Shown here one piece after another: positions 59,290 through 64,000 of a stretch of 64,000 nucleotides of DNA; position 1 is the stretch's first letter; the number at the start of each line of letters is the position of its first letter. A program made the translations under genes and the position numbers. Source of the DNA: Chiloscyllium plagiosum (Eukaryota); the NCBI RefSeq assembly GCF_004010195.1, contig NC_057760.1, positions 4,128,104 to 4,192,103 of the forward strand, read 5' to 3'. The notes below the pieces were generated by a model. The model saw only the letters and a list, made by a program, of their open reading frames with translations, did no database searches and was not told the origin of the DNA.

Positions 59290-60890
59290 GGACCTCATTG
59301 ATTGTGGAATTAATCAAAGGAAATTTGCAAGGTTAAACCAAAATCCATTAGGGTCAGTTTTATGAAGAATAAATTGTGTTTGAATTATTTGATCGATTTA
59401 TTCAACATGTTACAAACAAGGTGGACAATATGGATCCTGGGGATGTAATATAACTGGACTCCCAGAAGGCATTGAAAAAGGCTCTGCACAAATGACTACT
59501 CCACAAAATAAAAAAGTACACAAAGTTAGGGGTAACGTATTAGCCTGGATTGAGAAATGGTGAACGAATAAAATGCAGTGAGAAGGAATAGATGGGTTGT
59601 TTTCTATTTGGCATCTTTTGCAGTGCCCAGGACCCGACTATTTTCAATCTATATAATTACTTGGATAAGGGGTTAGAATTTTTTCAGATGACAATATCAT
59701 AGGTGGAAAATTAGGTTGCAATGAAGATGTATGAAATTTTCAAATGGATTTGTGAATGGACCAACATTTGACGGTGAATTTTAACATAGGCAAATGTGAG
59801 CTTAACCATTTTGGATAGAGGAATAGGAAGACAACTTATTATCTAAATGGAAAGAAATTCAGAGCGCATCGGTGCAAAGGGATCTGAATGTCCTCGTACA
59901 GATCACAGAAATAGAACATGCAGGGACAGCAGATAATGAGAAAAGCAAGTGTAATTTCAGCACTTATATCTAAAAGAATAGAGAATAAAACAGGGAAGTG
60001 TTTCTTCAACCATGTAAGGCTTTACTGAGAACGCAACTGGAGTACTGTGTAGTCTTGTTGCACTGCCTGGAGGAAGGATGTAGTTGCACTGAGGCAGTTC
60101 AGAAGAGGTTCAGATTGTTTCCAGAGATGAGGAGTTTGTCTTATGAAGAGACATTGGGCAGTTCAGGCCTGTAATCTGGAATTTAGAAGAATGAGAGGAG
60201 ATTTCATTAACATCTTTAAGATGCTAAAGGTGATTGAAAATGTGGACGTGAAGCAGGTATTTCCTCAATTCGGCCAATCCAGAACAAGATATCATAGTTT
60301 TAGGATAAGGTGGAGCAGATTTACAACTTCCCTCAAGGTGTTGCGAATCTCTACAATTCACAATGCCAGAGTGCAGCAGAAGTAGGGAATTGAGTAAATG
60401 AAGGGGTATGGAGAGCAGGCAGGAAAGTGCAATTGAGGCTGACATGACATCAGCCATGATTGCGTTAAATGTCGGAGCAGGTTTGAAAGATTAAATTGCC
60501 GACTGATGCTCATCATTCTTATTCAGCCCTTTGAATGTGCTACACAGGAATGGGAGAGGATTTGTTAGCCAAGAGGAAGCAGACACTCAGGATAAATCAG
60601 TCACGATCAGTTTCACTGAACATTACCAGTGGAATCATACAGTGAGCAATGCTGGGTCCTCAACTATTTACAATCTATACAAATGCACTGCAACTATGTT
60701 TGGTGATGATACTGAAATAAGCTGGAATTTATCTTATCAACAGAAAGTGGAGAAGGTCAAATGAAATTAGATGGTAAAGTCAAGGGATAACAGTTTGGCA
60801 GGTGGAACAAAACGTGATATATAACTATCATTGTTTTTCAGAAAGAATGGAAGACAGCATGTTACTGAAATGGAGAGAGAGATTACAGGA
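59290..60890 (+). mobile_element. Old degenerate CR1 RT/3' fragments
   Basis: Remnants of LDFQKAF, FSDD, LEYCV and RRMRGDFINIFKML. Confidence 0.75.
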
Positions 60891-60899
60891 TTTAGTGAC

Positions 60900-61640
60900 A
60901 AAGTGTGTACTTGAGGGCTCGGTCTGACCCCTTCAGACTTTGGAAATTTTGCTCCAACTCCATGACGGTCTGCTCCCTGATTTTCCCAGTGGCCCCATTG
61001 CTCTCAGTACATACAGGATATTTTATTGTGGTTGGTTGGAGGTGGGGAGTGGTAAGGGAGAGGGTGTTTTGAGCCAGTTATCAAAGGGCTTTATCCGAAG
61101 GACCATCTTTTCTTTCCACAAGGAGACCTGAATACGATGGGAATGCTGACTGCTTCTGAATGAAAAGGTTGCAACTGGTGCCAGAAGAGTGGTTATTCAC
61201 CAACATGATGCACATAGTCACACCACAATATTGATGGATTGTGAATTCCTTTAGTTCCTCCACCTCTTGCCATTGACATAGGGAACCCCCACTCCCCTGT
61301 ACACCATCGGGGAACCCACTAGACTGGGGAAGCAAGGATACCCCCAGCAGCCCCTTGCTGAGGGAGAAAACATTGTATTCACCTCACCCACGGTATATAT
61401 GCTTTGTCACTGAATGGTGACATTGATGTTGACAAATGGGGAGATGATCGATATGTCATACTTTCCTGCCTGCAAAGTTCCAGATCATAGAAGTTGAATG
61501 AAACTGTGATCCTAACAGCCACTGGCAGCACCGTCCCCCGCCGTGTGAAGCTGCAGATGTGTTGAAGGAGGTGACATCGCTCTGTGACCACCTCCTTGTT
61601 CAATCAGGGTCCTCTCACACTCTGCTCCTGGATTAAGTGT
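60900..61640 (-). mobile_element. PIF/Harbinger (HARBI1-like) transposase relic
   Basis: Minus-strand fragments in HARBI1-like order: KEVVTERCHLLQ...TVLPVAVRITVSFNFY, SGFP.VQG, a DK/..WL segment, and GATGKIREQTV.ELEQNFQSL...ALKY (cf. R..IEQTIGVLKQRFRCL...LQY). Heavily frameshifted. Confidence 0.7.
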
Positions 61641-61659
61641 AGTTTGGAAAGCTATTATA

Positions 61660-61910
61660 GAGTCTTGGAGTCATTGAGTCATACAGCACAGAAACAGATG
61701 CTTTGGGCCAACTAGTCTATGTCGAACAAATCCCAAACAAACCTGCTTACTCCTGGTCCATATCTCTCCAAAACATTCCTATTCATGTATCCATCCAAAT
61801 GACTTCTAAACTTTGCAATTGTCCTCAAATCCACCACTCCTTCGGAAAGTTCATTCCATACTGATACCACCACCTGGGTAAAACAAAAAGGCATCTTATG
61901 TCTTTTTTAA
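61660..61910 (-). mobile_element. CR1 3' tail fragment
   Basis: FTQVVVSVWNEL...HLDGYMNR and the tail. Confidence 0.8.
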
Positions 61911-62109
61911 GGCTGTTCTTGGAAAACCTGGGGTGGATGTGACAGATCACTTCCCCAAACAACTCCACCCCATCTGACACACAGACAAACACACACGCTT
62001 TCACACATAAATGCATACACAGACACACACATATACACATACTCTCTGTCTTAGTTACTCCCTTTCTATAAGATCTACATTCCTTTTCCATCCCTCTGCA
62101 TCAGGCAGA

Positions 62110-62725
62110 AGGAGGTAAAAGATCTACTCGGATTGCTGTGTAAGTGGCTTGTCTGGCCGAATGGCTTCGGTCTGTTCCTTCTTCACAAGCTTGATGGGCT
62201 GAGTGTCCTTCTCATGTTCCCCTGTCACGGTCTCAGGTACCTGATTGTCTCGCTCTTGTTCTTGAGTAAGAGGTCCTCCTCCTGCTGCTGTTAAAGAGGC
62301 TTCAGGGTTTATGGAATCTACCTGTTGCTGTGCAATAGTTTGAGGGATTGAAGGGCTTCATCATGTTATTCCATTCCAGGATTGGGAAATATTGAATGGC
62401 CTCCAACGCCCCTGAAATGGTTTTGACTGTGTGATTCGTCTTCTCATGTTCATTTACACCAAACATGTGGCTGAATTAACTTCTCATTTCCAACAAAATG
62501 TCTGAATGGGCTCAATGGCCCTTCTTCAATCCCTTTGTGACCTCTCACATTATCTGTATTGCAGATTTTAAAGGCTGAATGGTTTGATTCAGTTGGTGTG
62601 TAACAGGAAATGGTTGCTGCATGACCTACTCCTGGTCCACTGCTATAGGCTTGAGGGATTGATTGAACTCTTGTAACTGCTTGTCAAGCTCAAGAGGCTG
62701 AATATCCTTGTTCAGTTGTGTATAT
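62110..62725 (-). repeat. Decayed ~42-bp tandem array, opposite orientation to 58385-59210
   Basis: Plus strand shows recurring GGCT(T/C)GA(G)GGGCTGAATGGCC(T)...TCCTGTTCC...TGTAAC variants, the reverse complement of the upstream array unit. Confidence 0.65.
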
Positions 62726-62727
62726 AG

Positions 62728-63806
62728 GGTCAACAAATTAGAGAAAACCTTCAAGACCATCAATAATACTCTTGCTGGCATTAAATTCACTAAAGAGGAG
62801 GAAAACAACAACAAACTGCCATTCCTAGATGTCACAGTAGGGCGAAAAGCCAATGGGGAACTTCAAACCGGCGTCTACAGGAAAAGAACACGTATGGACA
62901 AAATATTGAACTATGGAAGCAATCATCCCAACATCCACAAGCCAAGCTGCATCAGAACATTATTTCAACAAGCCAACACACACTGAAACACAGAGAAACT
63001 ACGCAGAGCAGGAGAAAATTACCTGTACAGTGTATTCAAAAAGAATGGGTACCCAATGAACACAGTCTGCCTATGTCTCAGCAACAAATCCAAACAAATA
63101 GATGAAACATGTCCAGACACCCTAACCACTCTCCCCTACATCAAAGGCATCTGGGAAATGACTGCCAGACTACTCAGACTCCTTGGCATCATGGTAGTCC
63201 ACAAACCCACCAACACACTAAAACAGCAGCTAGTGAACTTGAAAGACCCTATACAGACAACAAGCAAAACTAATGTCATTTACAAAATACCGTGCAAAGA
63301 CTGTAACAAACACTACATTGGACAAACAGGCAGAAAACTAGCCACAAGGATACATGAACATCAACCAGCCATAAAACAACATGACCCTCTCTCACTAGTA
63401 TCCTCAGATACAGATAAGAAAGGACACCACTTCGACTGGGACAACATATCCATCCGAGGACAAGCCAAACAACGACAAGCACGAGAATTCCTAGAATCAT
63501 ATCATTCCATCCAGAACTCTATCAACAAACACATCAAGTTAGACCCCATCTACTACCCTCAAGAAAAAGAACAGGAAGTGACATCACCACAGAAAATGAC
63601 ATTACCACAGGAAATGACATTGCCATCCCGAAGAAACTCAAACATATAAATAGAAAGCAGGAACTATCAGCAGTGATTCGCCTGAGGCTCACTGAAGATG
63701 TTACCTCGTAGGGTGATGAAACATCTGGAAATTAACCTTCCAGCTCAGCGAGCAGACCTACATGCCGAACCTCAAACTAACCTACAAATCTTCTCAAAAC
63801 TCGCTA
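62728..63806 (+). mobile_element. 5'-truncated Penelope-like element (RT C-terminus, GIY-YIG endonuclease, 3' end with hammerhead)
   Basis: IKFTKEEENNNKLPFLDVTV...VYRK, TLPYIKG, NVIYKIPCKDCNKHYIGQTGRKLATRIHEH, REFLES...SIN. Confidence 0.95.
63689..63728 (+). ncRNA. Minimal hammerhead ribozyme motif
   Basis: TCA-CTGAAGA-T-GTTACC-TCGTAG-GGTGAT-GAAA-CATC-TGG, 40 nt after the GIY-YIG ORF stop. Same architecture as 13444-13483. Confidence 0.72.
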
Positions 63807-64000
63807 ACACCAGATTTATTAGGAAGCACTAGATTTCGGGGCACTGCTCCTTTAGCAGGTGGTTGTGGAGAAAAGGACCATAAGACACAGAATTTATTAC
63901 AAAAGGTTACAGTGACATGTCACTGAAATGATATATTGAATAAACCTGAAAAATTTTGAATGGGTTGCAGGTTTCAGTTATTTTGGCATGTGAATCCCAG
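63807..64000 (-). mobile_element. Probable 3' end of a third PLE family with a decayed hammerhead, running off the window
   Basis: Minus strand ~63827-63861 reads CAC-CTGCTAA-A-GGAGC-AGT-GCCCC-GAAAT-CTA-GTG: stem I CAC/GTG and stem II retained, core mutated. Confidence 0.55.

Overview
Repeat-dominated vertebrate DNA, almost certainly from a cartilaginous fish. This is inferred from HE1-type V-SINEs, CR1/HER1-type LINEs and GPR139-like receptor genes of the shark-expanded type. Host genes: the last two coding exons of SNAPIN (+, 1208-1326 and 1596-1697), one intact two-exon GPR139-like class A GPCR (-, 20001-19935 joined to 18235-17358, 314 aa), and a decayed paralogous GPCR pseudogene (-, 11523-10641). 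Most of the rest is nested mobile DNA. It includes many CR1 LINEs (two nearly full length), V-SINEs, Penelope-like elements (PLEs) of about three families, a Gmr1-type gypsy LTR element with integrase upstream of RT and a solo LTR inside it, and a PIF/Harbinger transposase relic. The most interesting non-obvious signal is a set of about a dozen minimal hammerhead-ribozyme motifs (CUGA[A/U]GA-stem-GAAAC-GUC) at PLE 3' ends. Several lie back-to-back in ~200-bp palindromic, ORF-less insertions, one with a clean target-site duplication. Other notable items are two oppositely oriented decayed 42-bp arrays resembling a LINE 3' tail, a degenerate telomere-like tract, and a Tyr at the SNAPIN position equivalent to human Cys66. 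I cannot show that any of these is a previously undescribed system, and PLE hammerheads are known in general. All calls were made by eye, and mobile-element boundaries are approximate unless a TSD is quoted.
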